Position numbers and translations under genes: made by a program. Source: Clostridia bacterium (GTDB lineage: Bacteria; Bacillota; Clostridia; Christensenellales; UBA1242). From it: a DNA stretch of 64,000 bases. How positions within the stretch are numbered: the stretch's first letter is position 1; every line of letters starts with the position of its first letter. A model generated the notes under the pieces. It was not told the origin of the DNA and searched no databases. It saw nothing but the letters and a program-made list of their open reading frames with translations. Shown piece after piece: positions 1 to 8,970 of the stretch. The DNA lies in contig JAEEMI010000016.1 in the NCBI GenBank assembly GCA_016283155.1, positions 44,726 to 108,725 on the forward strand. Reading direction: 5' to 3'.

Positions 1-139
1 CTTGCCGAAGTTTCCACGCGATAATCATTTATATTCAGTTCCATAATACTAAATATTAACAAATATACACTATCATCACAAACAATTTTATCAAAAATAA
101 TCCACTAACACATTAAAAACCAACAACATAAATAAAATT

Positions 140-1828
140 ATGTGTGGAATCTTCGGTTGTATCAGCAAACAACCACAAAATTTAATCAAAAAAACATTAG
201 AAGGTTTAAAAATATTAGAATACCGTGGCTATGACAGTGCCGGTATCGCTTATATAACACAATCAAAGTTAAAAGTAATCAAACAAATTGGAGGTCTTGA
301 ACAACTTATTAAAAAAGTTAAAAATCAACCTGATACCACAATATGCATTGGACACACACGATGGGCGACCAACGGTGCCGTCAGTGTTGAAAATTCACAT
401 CCACATTTATCAATCGATGGTACGATTGCAGTAGTGCATAATGGCATTATTGAAAATTATCAAGATTGCCGCAAACAATTAGAGACAAAAGGTATAAAAC
501 TTAGAACACCTGTCGATACAGAGATAATCCCCAACATATTGTGTTATACATATAATAATAAACACAATATACACAAATACTTAAAAGGACAATACGTTTT
601 TTGTGCAGTAAATTATAAAAAACAAAGTTTATTCATTGCAAAGAAAGGCAACTTGCCACTTTACATTGGACAAGATCAACAAGTAATTTACATTACAAGC
701 GACACACTCGCCCTACCAAATTCCGTAACTCAAATTATTTCAATGAACAACCTAGAAACCTGCGAAATTAACGGTTCAAAAATAAGTTTCTTTTACCTTA
801 ACCGCCCTATCAAAAAGCAATGGCAGCCATTTAATCAATCTTTTACATCAAGTAACAAAAATGGTTTTTCAACTTATATGGAAAAAGAGATCAACGAAAT
901 TCCATCCATTACGCAACAAATTATTTTTCAATATACTAACAACAACAATTTACTCAAATTACGCCAAAAATTTCAACAAGATTTAAAAAATACGAAATGC
1001 ATCCACTTATGTGCGTGCGGAACCAGTTACCACGCAGCCTTAATTTTAGCCAATATCATTGAAACGAATCTTCATATCCGTGCAATCGCCCATATCAGCA
1101 GTGAATTATCAGAAACCACCCTACTCGACGAACCATCATTAGCTATCGTTATCAGTCAATCTGGTGAAACAGCCGACACACTAAATTGTATAGATATATT
1201 GGACACAAAACAAATTCCCATTATTGCACTTTGCAATATAACAACCAGCACCATCGCTAAACGAAGCAAATACACATTTCCACTACTTTGTGGTCCAGAA
1301 ATCGCCGTTGCCAGCACAAAAGCGTTTTACGCAGCTGTTTTAGTTGGATATTTACTATTTAATTCCAAAACCACAATATCTAGTAGTAATCTTATTAGAA
1401 ATATCACTACTACATTAAAAATATCACGACATTTACTACACATTCCTACCCAACTACCTAACAAAATTTTCATTATTGGGAAAGGCATCAATTATTACTT
1501 AGCACTTGAAGCTGCCTTAAAAATCAAAGAAGTAACCTATCTTCATTGTGAAGGCTATCCAGCGAACGAATTAAAACACGGTCCTCTATCAATGGTAGAT
1601 AACAAAACACTTGCGATTGCATTTGGTACTGATACTGCAAATGCAATTGCCGAAATCACTGCTCGTGGTGGCAAAGTTATTACCATTCCAACACCTACCC
1701 CATCCTCACAATTATCTTCCATTAGTCAAATTATACCAATACAAATATTTGCATTAGATTTAGCATTATCACTAGGTTATAACCCCGATAAACCGCGCAA
1801 TCTCGCCAAAAGCGTTACTGTTTTATAA
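140..1828 (+). CDS. glmS: glutamine--fructose-6-phosphate aminotransferase (isomerizing)
   Basis: 562-aa ORF. N-terminal MCGIFG (catalytic Cys2), HTRWATNG, SIS-domain motifs SQSGETADT and GPEIAVASTKAF, C-terminal PRNLAKSVTV. ATG start with no Shine-Dalgarno; the leader is almost G-free. Confidence 0.9.
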   Translation: MCGIFGCISKQPQNLIKKTLEGLKILEYRGYDSAGIAYITQSKLKVIKQIGGLEQLIKKVKNQPDTTICIGHTRWATNGAVSVENSHPHLSIDGTIAVVHNGIIENYQDCRKQLETKGIKLRTPVDTEIIPNILCYTYNNKHNIHKYLKGQYVFCAVNYKKQSLFIAKKGNLPLYIGQDQQVIYITSDTLALPNSVTQIISMNNLETCEINGSKISFFYLNRPIKKQWQPFNQSFTSSNKNGFSTYMEKEINEIPSITQQIIFQYTNNNNLLKLRQKFQQDLKNTKCIHLCACGTSYHAALILANIIETNLHIRAIAHISSELSETTLLDEPSLAIVISQSGETADTLNCIDILDTKQIPIIALCNITTSTIAKRSKYTFPLLCGPEIAVASTKAFYAAVLVGYLLFNSKTTISSSNLIRNITTTLKISRHLLHIPTQLPNKIFIIGKGINYYLALEAALKIKEVTYLHCEGYPANELKHGPLSMVDNKTLAIAFGTDTANAIAEITARGGKVITIPTPTPSSQLSSISQIIPIQIFALDLALSLGYNPDKPRNLAKSVTVL

Positions 1829-1833
1829 AACAC

Positions 1834-3027
1834 TTAATCTTCAGTTTGTAATTCATAAACCGAGTGTGTGTACATACCATCTTCTTCACGAATTAAAGTC
1901 ATATCAAAACCTTCACGGTTAACATTATCTGCTTCAACACTAACCAATTCTCCATCTGCATTACGCTCCACTACCGCGTGGCGATAAATTCCCAACGGTT
2001 TAATTTTCTTCAAGCCTGGGCCAAAATCAGTCTTTTCATCATAGAAAGCACGATAATTGTATTCAAATACTGATTCCAAACCAGCAGCACGGAAAATACG
2101 GTTATACAGACCAACCGAACCACCAAAGCGTGGATTAGCCTCCATCGCATAAACCTTACCGTCTTTACCAAACAATAAATCAATATGCACCCAACCGCGC
2201 ATACGGTATTTTTTACTAGTACGCACAAACTCGCCAAACTTACGACCACAATCATATGCTTGTTGCAACATATCTTTCGGCAATTTGGTAAAGGCCTTAA
2301 ATTCCATATAATCTAACTTATGGTGCTCAATATAACGATGCACAATTGACGGTAAAATATGAACTTCATTATTAGTAACCAAAATGTGTAAACTAGTTGA
2401 ACAAAGTGATTCAATGTAATCACTAACCAAATAAGTTTCTTTCGGATAAATTTCTTTAATCGAACGTTCCTTAAATGCCGGATTAGCAAAATATTCTTTA
2501 CTAACCACGATCGTACCAAATCCGCCCGAACCATAGTCGCGTTGAATCACAACTTCTTTCTGCTCAGGATATGTACCATTTTTTAGGCGTTTAATAATTT
2601 CTGAACCAATTACATACTCATATGGTGCAAATGGTAAAATATCTTCGAAAATTTCACGGAATTGGAATTTACTGTCCAAAATTGCAAAAATACGCGGATC
2701 ATTACAGCACAAAATTCGATCTTTTAATTCCGCTGGAACATAGCCGGCATAAACCGGTGAATACGGATAAAAATACGCATCCGGCACCTTTGCCACAATT
2801 TCACGACATTTTTCATTAATGAATTCACGCATAATTTTTGCATTACGTTCGTCAAACTCAACATTCTGACTCACTTGAATGCGTGTCGTTGCATTATGTG
2901 CGATGTTACCACGTTTATTATTACCTAATTCAGTAATGCTACCAGCAAAGTAGCCATCCATAGTTTGATTGTAAAAACTTGCTTCGGCATCACCTTGTCG
3001 GTAGCCAATGTAATAGATGTTTTTCAT
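1834..3027 (-). CDS. ATP-grasp domain protein (possible peptide/peptidoglycan-precursor ligase)
   Basis: 397-aa ORF. C-terminal half has an ATP-grasp signature (QRDYGSGGFG glycine-rich loop, VHIDLLF...VYAMEANPRFGGS). Lies 35 nt downstream of the SleC-like gene on the same strand. Confidence 0.55.
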   Translation of the reverse strand: MKNIYYIGYRQGDAEASFYNQTMDGYFAGSITELGNNKRGNIAHNATTRIQVSQNVEFDERNAKIMREFINEKCREIVAKVPDAYFYPYSPVYAGYVPAELKDRILCCNDPRIFAILDSKFQFREIFEDILPFAPYEYVIGSEIIKRLKNGTYPEQKEVVIQRDYGSGGFGTIVVSKEYFANPAFKERSIKEIYPKETYLVSDYIESLCSTSLHILVTNNEVHILPSIVHRYIEHHKLDYMEFKAFTKLPKDMLQQAYDCGRKFGEFVRTSKKYRMRGWVHIDLLFGKDGKVYAMEANPRFGGSVGLYNRIFRAAGLESVFEYNYRAFYDEKTDFGPGLKKIKPLGIYRHAVVERNADGELVSVEADNVNREGFDMTLIREEDGMYTHSVYELQTED

Positions 3028-3062
3028 TGTTTATAGTAACATTTTTTTGGCAAAGTGTCAAA

Positions 3063-4826
3063 CTAACCAAACAACGATGTCAAAGCCTGCCAAGTTGTTG
3101 GACCAACTATTCCATCAACCGTTAATCCTGCCAAACGTTGGAACTGACGTACAGCGCTATTTGTGCTTGCTCCGAAAATCCCATCTACCGCCAAAAAGGG
3201 TAGTTGTGAATACGTATTGCGGGCATTATTGAGTAAATTTTGTAAAGTAATTACATTATTACCCGTACTACCCTGTTTCAAATAAACACCTGGCCAAGCA
3301 GGTACACTTTCCGTTTCATCCCCCTGTAAAGTACGGTAAACTTGATAAAGTTTATTCCAAGTATTACGTCCAACCACGCCATCGGCAGTTAAACCGAACA
3401 AACGCTGAAAACTACGTACTGAATTAGCGGTAACGCTGCCAAAGATACTGTCTTGTGAAACAGTTTGTACGCTAGAATAAAATTGAGCGATGTAATTTAA
3501 CAGATACTGTAATTGCAATACGTCATTTCCCTTACTACCTTGACGTAAAATGCTTGTCGGCGGTGTGTCACCAATGCCAATAAATTCACCTTCAGCATTC
3601 AGTTCAGCCAAACCAGTTACGGCTGCATAAATTTGCGATATTTTGTTCCACGTACTAACACCGACCACACCATCACTGGTTAAATTAAATGTTCTTTGAA
3701 ATACACGTACTGCTTGTTCAGTTTGCGTACCAAAATTACCGTCAACAGGATTAATCACAGGAATTAACGGATAACTACGATGAATACGGTTTAAAAATGT
3801 TTGCATTCGACGAACGTCGACTCCAGAAGATCCTAAACGTAAAGGTGTACCAGGATAAGAATTCTGTACTGAACCAGTTGGTGCATTACTTAACACAATA
3901 TCATTTGGATAATAATATCTTAAAATTTCTAATACTGATAAACCTTGATTAGCTAGGCTTACCGTTCCCCATTGCGACAAACCGCTACAGGTTGCTGTCG
4001 TTCCATTACAAAATTCAGTAAAATACGGATTACGGAAACTGTCCCGATGAGCATAGACTGTGAAAACACCATCAACTAATTCCGAAATATTGGCATAGAT
4101 TTCACGATTACGTACAAAAGCCATATCATAAACTGTTGAATTAGTAATATCAAAATTATACCCACGCGAACGATACCATTCAGTATACACTCGATTTAAA
4201 GCAAAAGTTACGATTGCTGCGATATTTGCCAACAACGCATTCGTTGGCCAAGTTGGGTAAATTTCACTGCAAACCACATTTTTTATGTAATCCTGAAACG
4301 GAATCCGTACATTTGCCGCATTACTGTTGGGTGCACCTAAATGAACAGTAATATAATCAGGAACAACAACACTACTTAACACACGACCTTTTTGGTTTGG
4401 GAAATTTCCAATCGAATCATTAGTACCAATCTGTCCGTGCGTTGTAGTTGGCAAAGTCACATCAGGTGGCGGCGTAACGTAACTTTGATCTGCGTCATCC
4501 TGTCCTTCGACGTAAGGCTCCAAATTCAAGCCAACTACAGTTGTGATTTTATCGTAGATTTGCACATCAATTTTATCGATACTTTGAAAATCATTTTGAC
4601 GAATTGATACATCACACAATGTATATGCAGTCTCACCAGAGTTTGGACGTTGTGAAAATGAACTATCCGGTGCGGCCAAAGTGTAAATTTGACTATCACC
4701 ATTAGCATCGGTCATACCAGAATACAAAACTACTCCTTTCTTATCTTTAATTATGTAAGATGCATTTGCGACTGGCTCTGCTCCATTTCCAGATGTTGTC
4801 GTAATTTTAAGGTAACCTGTTCCCAT
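3063..4826 (-). CDS. SleC/SpoIID-like peptidoglycan lytic enzyme with three PG_binding_1 repeats
   Basis: 587-aa ORF. N-terminal MGTGYLKITTTS beta-sandwich-like start, central SpoIID-like block (DYIKNVVCSEIYPTWP...ALNRVYTEWYRSRGYNFDITNST...CSGLSQWG), then three copies of G..G..V..LQ..LN...DG.FG..T..AV..FQ...GL..DGVVG..TW. GGAGAAAA SD upstream. Confidence 0.6.
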   Translation of the reverse strand: MGTGYLKITTTSGNGAEPVANASYIIKDKKGVVLYSGMTDANGDSQIYTLAAPDSSFSQRPNSGETAYTLCDVSIRQNDFQSIDKIDVQIYDKITTVVGLNLEPYVEGQDDADQSYVTPPPDVTLPTTTHGQIGTNDSIGNFPNQKGRVLSSVVVPDYITVHLGAPNSNAANVRIPFQDYIKNVVCSEIYPTWPTNALLANIAAIVTFALNRVYTEWYRSRGYNFDITNSTVYDMAFVRNREIYANISELVDGVFTVYAHRDSFRNPYFTEFCNGTTATCSGLSQWGTVSLANQGLSVLEILRYYYPNDIVLSNAPTGSVQNSYPGTPLRLGSSGVDVRRMQTFLNRIHRSYPLIPVINPVDGNFGTQTEQAVRVFQRTFNLTSDGVVGVSTWNKISQIYAAVTGLAELNAEGEFIGIGDTPPTSILRQGSKGNDVLQLQYLLNYIAQFYSSVQTVSQDSIFGSVTANSVRSFQRLFGLTADGVVGRNTWNKLYQVYRTLQGDETESVPAWPGVYLKQGSTGNNVITLQNLLNNARNTYSQLPFLAVDGIFGASTNSAVRQFQRLAGLTVDGIVGPTTWQALTSLFG

Positions 4827-4897
4827 ATTTTCTCCTTTTTTGAACTATTTTAGTCTATGGTGGTAACAAAAAAAATGTTTATACCATAACTATAATT

Positions 4898-5848
4898 ATG
4901 GCAACAATAGTAATTGATGCTGGGCACGGCGGATACGATGCAGGCGCGGTCAATGGCACGCGCTTTGAGAAAAACGATAATCTACGAATGGCTTTAGCGG
5001 TTGGCGAACGTTTACAAAAATGTGGCATCAAAGTGGTTTACACACGTACCTCAGATGTCTTTGTTCCTTTATTAGAACGTAGTCGCATTAGTAACAATAA
5101 CAATGCGGATTTATTTGTTTCTTTTCACCGAAACTCAGCCAGTAACCCGATTGCCAATGGAGTTGAAACACTAGTCTACATTAACGCTTCAAACAAAGCG
5201 CTACAAGCTGCAGAGGCACTTCAACAAGCATTAGTCAATGCTGGTGTTCAAAGCAACCGTGGTGTTAAAAGAGTTAATTTAAGCGTTTTACGCGAAACTA
5301 ATGCACCAGCCATACTTTTAGAATTAGGATTTATTAACAATGAACAAGATAACGTCCTATTTGACACTCAATTTAACACATATGCTGATGTAATTGCGCA
5401 AAGTTTAGCTAAATCAGTTGGCGTTAATTGTGGTGGTTCAGGTAACGGCGATACCACACCTAACGCAACCATTCGTAACATTCAATCGACTTTAAATGCA
5501 CGTTACGGTGCAGGTCTATCGGTTGATGGTATTTGGGGACCGTTATCTCAAAAAGCATTAATTCGTGCCTTGCAAATTGAATTAAATATGAATTATGGAG
5601 CCGGTTTAATTGTTGATGGTATCTTTGGGCCCAGAACCAAAGCAGCAATTCGTAATCTATCCCAAGGTAGTCGCGGTAATTTAGTTTGGATTTTACAAGC
5701 AGGATTGTTTGTCAAAGGTTTTGAGACCACATTAGACAGTATTTTTGGTGCTAACACTGCTAACCAAGTTCGTGCCTTCCAAACTGCTAATGGACTAATA
5801 GCGGATGGAATAGCTGGAACAAATACATTTGAAGCATTAATGCGTTAA
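4898..5848 (+). CDS. N-acetylmuramoyl-L-alanine amidase (Amidase_3) with PG_binding_1 repeats
   Basis: 316-aa ORF. IVIDAGHGGYDAGAV, LFVSFHRNS and LLELGFINN motifs of Amidase_3. C-terminal DGIWGP/DGIFGP...ADGIAGTNT peptidoglycan-binding repeats. Confidence 0.85.
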   Translation: MATIVIDAGHGGYDAGAVNGTRFEKNDNLRMALAVGERLQKCGIKVVYTRTSDVFVPLLERSRISNNNNADLFVSFHRNSASNPIANGVETLVYINASNKALQAAEALQQALVNAGVQSNRGVKRVNLSVLRETNAPAILLELGFINNEQDNVLFDTQFNTYADVIAQSLAKSVGVNCGGSGNGDTTPNATIRNIQSTLNARYGAGLSVDGIWGPLSQKALIRALQIELNMNYGAGLIVDGIFGPRTKAAIRNLSQGSRGNLVWILQAGLFVKGFETTLDSIFGANTANQVRAFQTANGLIADGIAGTNTFEALMR

Positions 5849-5878
5849 TCAATTAAAAAAGGGCAACTATGCCCTTTT

Positions 5879-6373
5879 TTAGTGAATTTGTTCAAAAATT
5901 TTTTCTGTTTTAATATCTCTTTCAATCTTTTTTTGTTCTTTAAGTAATTTTTTATCGTCCGACATACTAAATTTACGTTTTTTAATTCCAAGCTTATTTG
6001 CAACTTTACCTACTGCCATTTCTGTTTTACCGATAATTTCATTAACGATTTTATCTTCATACGCTTCAATAATGTTTTCTTCCGGCTTTTCCATATCATA
6101 AACTGGATCTTCTTCCCCAGCATTGTAAGCTCTTAAATTAATAATTTTAGGTTCATATGTTGGATCCCAATTTTCCATTTTTTTCATTTTATTTGCCGTA
6201 AGTTTCATACTAGCATAGTATGCACCATAACCACCTAAAAAGAAATATGGCAAAGCCATCGGAAAAATCGCACTCAAACCAGCCACACCACCAACGGTAA
6301 GCACCGCTCGTAATGCTCCTTTAACGAATAATTTCTTTTTATTTTCTTTATTCATAATTCTATATGATAACAA
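5879..6373 (-). CDS. hypothetical membrane protein (Lys-rich N-terminus, 2 predicted TM helices, charged C-terminal tail)
   Basis: 164-aa ORF on the dominant coding strand. Hydrophobic stretches LRAVLTVGGVAGLSAIFPMALPYFFLGGYGAYY. No recognised family. Confidence 0.5.
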   Translation of the reverse strand: MLSYRIMNKENKKKLFVKGALRAVLTVGGVAGLSAIFPMALPYFFLGGYGAYYASMKLTANKMKKMENWDPTYEPKIINLRAYNAGEEDPVYDMEKPEENIIEAYEDKIVNEIIGKTEMAVGKVANKLGIKKRKFSMSDDKKLLKEQKKIERDIKTEKIFEQIH

Positions 6374-6405
6374 AGAAACTCAAAAAGTCAATAGCGAACA
6401 TATTT

Positions 6406-6999
6406 TTACTGATTAATTTTACCATCACTTAACAACATTAGAACGCCTGCGACTGGGCTAGCAAAAATAATCGTACAAATTTTAAAGGCCAAACTAACAG
6501 GTTGTTGCTTCGCAACAGATTTAAAATAATGAACCGTCATTGGAATTAACCAAAGCAATGAAACCACGTGTGTAATCGCCGAAATTGAGAAAATAAATCG
6601 ATAATTAATACCAAGCCAATCAACAAACTCAACTACATCATACAAATCAACAATTTTTAAAAGCACACCCAATGATTTTTCTAAATTGGGTATTGAAAGA
6701 GCATTTAATAAAGAATATAGTGCAAAAATTCCGGCACGAACACAAACCAAAATCATTAACACTTTTGCAACAATTTGCAAAGCGTTTTTATATTTGGGTT
6801 CAACTAACCAACGTGTTTTTAATGATCTGCCACATTTCGGACAAAAATCCATTTCGTTCGTAATCTCAGTACCACAGCGACTACAAAACTTTGTTTTTGG
6901 TCCAGTTTCCTGTGTCAAACCATTAATCGTAAATCCACAATTTGGGCAAAGTTCTGCACCTTCCTTTAATTCTTTACCACATTCAGAACAATATTTCAT
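6406..6999 (-). CDS. double zinc-ribbon membrane protein
   Basis: 197-aa ORF. Two CxxC...CxxC ribbons (CSECG..CPNCG; CSRCG..CPKCG) followed by about 4 hydrophobic helices. Confidence 0.65.
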   Translation of the reverse strand: MKYCSECGKELKEGAELCPNCGFTINGLTQETGPKTKFCSRCGTEITNEMDFCPKCGRSLKTRWLVEPKYKNALQIVAKVLMILVCVRAGIFALYSLLNALSIPNLEKSLGVLLKIVDLYDVVEFVDWLGINYRFIFSISAITHVVSLLWLIPMTVHYFKSVAKQQPVSLAFKICTIIFASPVAGVLMLLSDGKINQ

Positions 7000-7129
7000 T
7001 GTTGCCCTCCTCAGTAATAAATTTAGGGATCCTACCCTTTAATTATTACTATTATTGCATAACATCAAAATTTCTGCAAATAAATCAACCAAGAATAAAC
7101 TATAATATATTAAAACTGATATTATCAGT

Positions 7130-7615
7130 TCATAATTCAACGCCATTAAAATCTTTGATTGTATTTTTATTGGCTTTTAAAACCTTTTTATTATGCTTAA
7201 TTTTTAATTTAGTTCTTTTGCAATCTTTAAGTTTGCTGAAAAACTTTTGGACTTTTTTGGCAAGATTTTCAACATTTTGTTTAAATTCTTTTGGATATAA
7301 AATGGGGTCAATGATTAAAGATTCTAATTGCTCAAAAATGTTATTTTCCTTACCAAATACATAATCACTTTCCATCTTCCCTATTTCTTTTTTAGTTTCC
7401 GATGCAATCACAGTAATAGCAACAGCGCTGGCACCTACTGCAATTAAAGAAAAGAAATCTTGATCTTGCATTAGTTCATTAATAAATTCAGGTTCAATTC
7501 GTTTCAAAATTCCGAACGCAGCAACAAAAGCACTCGATCGCATTACACCCCTTATTGCCATATTTATATTTTTTTTCTTCTCTTCTTCCATTAAATTCAT
7601 ACTAACAAAGATCAA
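7130..7615 (-). CDS. hypothetical membrane protein
   Basis: 161-aa ORF with TTG start. Same size and layout (Lys-rich start, hydrophobic core, K/E-rich tail) as 5879-6373, but only weak sequence similarity. Confidence 0.45.
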   Translation of the reverse strand: MIFVSMNLMEEEKKKNINMAIRGVMRSSAFVAAFGILKRIEPEFINELMQDQDFFSLIAVGASAVAITVIASETKKEIGKMESDYVFGKENNIFEQLESLIIDPILYPKEFKQNVENLAKKVQKFFSKLKDCKRTKLKIKHNKKVLKANKNTIKDFNGVEL

Positions 7616-7720
7616 TATAAAAAGTCAATACTGCTTTGATAAATTATCGATGAACTAAATTTTTGTATGCCTAATAAGATAAAAACAAGACTAAAAATTC
7701 CTAAACAAAAGAGGTGAAAT

Positions 7721-8057
7721 ATGATTTTTGAAAATATAAATTGTTGTAAAAGTTGTTGTTGCGTGGACCACGTGGACCACAAGTTTTTCCTGGACCAATG
7801 GGACCACAAGGTCCTCAAGGTGAAATTGGCCCAGTTGGACTACAGGGACCAACGATTAATATCTATGGCACAATTTATAACAACATCACATCAAATGTGA
7901 CGATTGATACACCTGACACATATATTCCAATTAGCTTAAATACCACCGGTCCGGCATCGGAAACTTCAGTAACACCTAACAATTAACCAGTAATACTCCT
8001 AACACATTAACAATTGGTAATTTACCTAACGCTATTTTATCTGTTAAAGGACTTTAA
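7721..8057 (+). pseudogene. collagen-like (GXY repeat) BclA-type protein remnant, split over three reading frames
   Basis: AGAGGTG SD plus ATG at 7721 gives MIFENINCCKSCCC in frame 2. The GXY run (GPRGPQVFPGPMGPQGPQGEIGPVGLQGP) is in frame 1 (7753-7986). The tail LTSNTPNTLTIGNLPNAILSVKGL* continues in frame 3 to 8057. Confidence 0.55.
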
Positions 8058-8130
8058 CAACTCCCCCGTTGCTTCCTGCACGGGGTACATAACAAAAACC
8101 ACACCCAATAACATATATAATTGATAGGTT

Positions 8131-8271
8131 ATGCTGGAAAATTTCATTAATCAATTATTCAACCATAACAGACTTATATTATGGATATTAATTGGCATTT
8201 TTGCTTTGCTACTACTATTTCCATTGGCAACAATTATCTATACTATAACAACAATTTTTAATCAATTTTAA
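8131..8271 (+). CDS. possible 46-aa small membrane protein
   Basis: ATG ORF MLENFINQLFNHNRLILWILIGIFALLLLFPLATIIYTITTIFNQF with one clear TM helix. It is below the 60-aa track cut-off, has a weak RBS and no homology evidence. Confidence 0.25.
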   Translation: MLENFINQLFNHNRLILWILIGIFALLLLFPLATIIYTITTIFNQF

Positions 8272-8334
8272 TATTATTTAATAATAAATTGAATACGTTG
8301 TTAACCTTATAGCCAAATCAATTCATAATAAAAA

Positions 8335-8802
8335 TTACTTTTTATAATCAAAAACGATTGGACAACAATTTGGAATTCCCAACAGAGGAGCATTATTTGA
8401 TGCAGTCAAACCATAAGCTTTATTAATAAATGATACAATATTTACACCACTTGTTACGCAAATCACCATATCATCGTCACAATATTTTTTTAATATATCA
8501 TCAAGACATTCATTAACTCGATTTTGCAAATCAATCCACTGTTCATTTTCAGAATTGAATTCATTAAGCCGATTATCATCGATAATGGGTACATTTAAAT
8601 ATTTGTTAATAATCTCCGCGGTTTTTTTACACCTAAAAAACGGAGATGTATAAATAGCTCTAATTTTTGATTTTATTTTTTGATGATTAAGTAAGTCTGC
8701 AACAAGTTCGCAATCTCTATATCCAAGTTCCGACAAATTATCTTCTTGACTTTGTGGGTTACCAACTTTTCTATTTCCGTGATGAATATATAATATTTTC
8801 AT
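8335..8802 (-). CDS. histidine phosphatase (phosphoglycerate mutase) family protein
   Basis: 155-aa ORF. N-terminal ILYIHHGNR (RHG-type motif, here HHG), ...LSELGYRDCELVA..., IYTSPFFRCKKTAEII, DNRLNEF. This matches the family layout. Confidence 0.55.
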   Translation of the reverse strand: MKILYIHHGNRKVGNPQSQEDNLSELGYRDCELVADLLNHQKIKSKIRAIYTSPFFRCKKTAEIINKYLNVPIIDDNRLNEFNSENEQWIDLQNRVNECLDDILKKYCDDDMVICVTSGVNIVSFINKAYGLTASNNAPLLGIPNCCPIVFDYKK

Positions 8803-8871
8803 TAGTAAAATCCTACCCTTTTTAATTTGAGATAATTAAACAAACCGTAGTAAGTTCGTATGATTCACTTG

Positions 8872-8959
8872 TGGCGGAAGGGACAGGATTTGAACCTGCG
8901 GTACCTTGCGGCACACCTGTTTTCGAGACAGGTACATTCGACCACTCTGACACCCTTCC
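8872..8959 (-). tRNA. tRNA-Ser (anticodon CGA), type II with long variable arm, CCA encoded
   Basis: The reverse complement GGAAGGGTGTCAGAGTGGTCGAATGTACCTGTCTCGAAAACAGGTGTGCCGCAAGGTACCGCAGGTTCAAATCCTGTCCCTTCCGCCA folds as a cloverleaf. Anticodon stem CCTGT/ACAGG, loop CTCGAAA, discriminator G. Confidence 0.9.
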
Positions 8960-8970
8960 TTAATATCACA

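Noticed and set aside
1-139. Looked for a glmS ribozyme upstream of glmS, as is common in Firmicutes.
   Set aside because: The 139 nt available are A/C-rich and nearly G-free, with none of the G-rich core helices. Either there is no ribozyme or it lies beyond the window start. Infernal RF00234 on extended sequence would settle it.
2010-2819. Track ORFs 2010-2255, 2313-2534 and 2622-2819 inside or antisense to the ATP-grasp gene.
   Set aside because: They are short, low-complexity shadow ORFs fully nested in a longer ORF that has family motifs.
4891-4896. Perfect TATAAT just upstream of the amidase ATG as its -10 box.
   Set aside because: It ends 1 nt before the start codon, so a transcript from it would lack the ATG. 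No acceptable -35 was found for alternative hexamers.
6672-7364. Plus-strand track ORFs 6672-6863, 6686-7042 and 6942-7364.
   Set aside because: They are antisense shadows of the zinc-ribbon and 161-aa genes, with no RBS and no motifs.
7612-7818. Minus-strand ORF 7612-7818 (68 aa).
   Set aside because: It is antisense to the collagen-like GXY run (which is why it reads WSHWSRKNLWSTWSTQQQ) and is a repeat-driven artefact.
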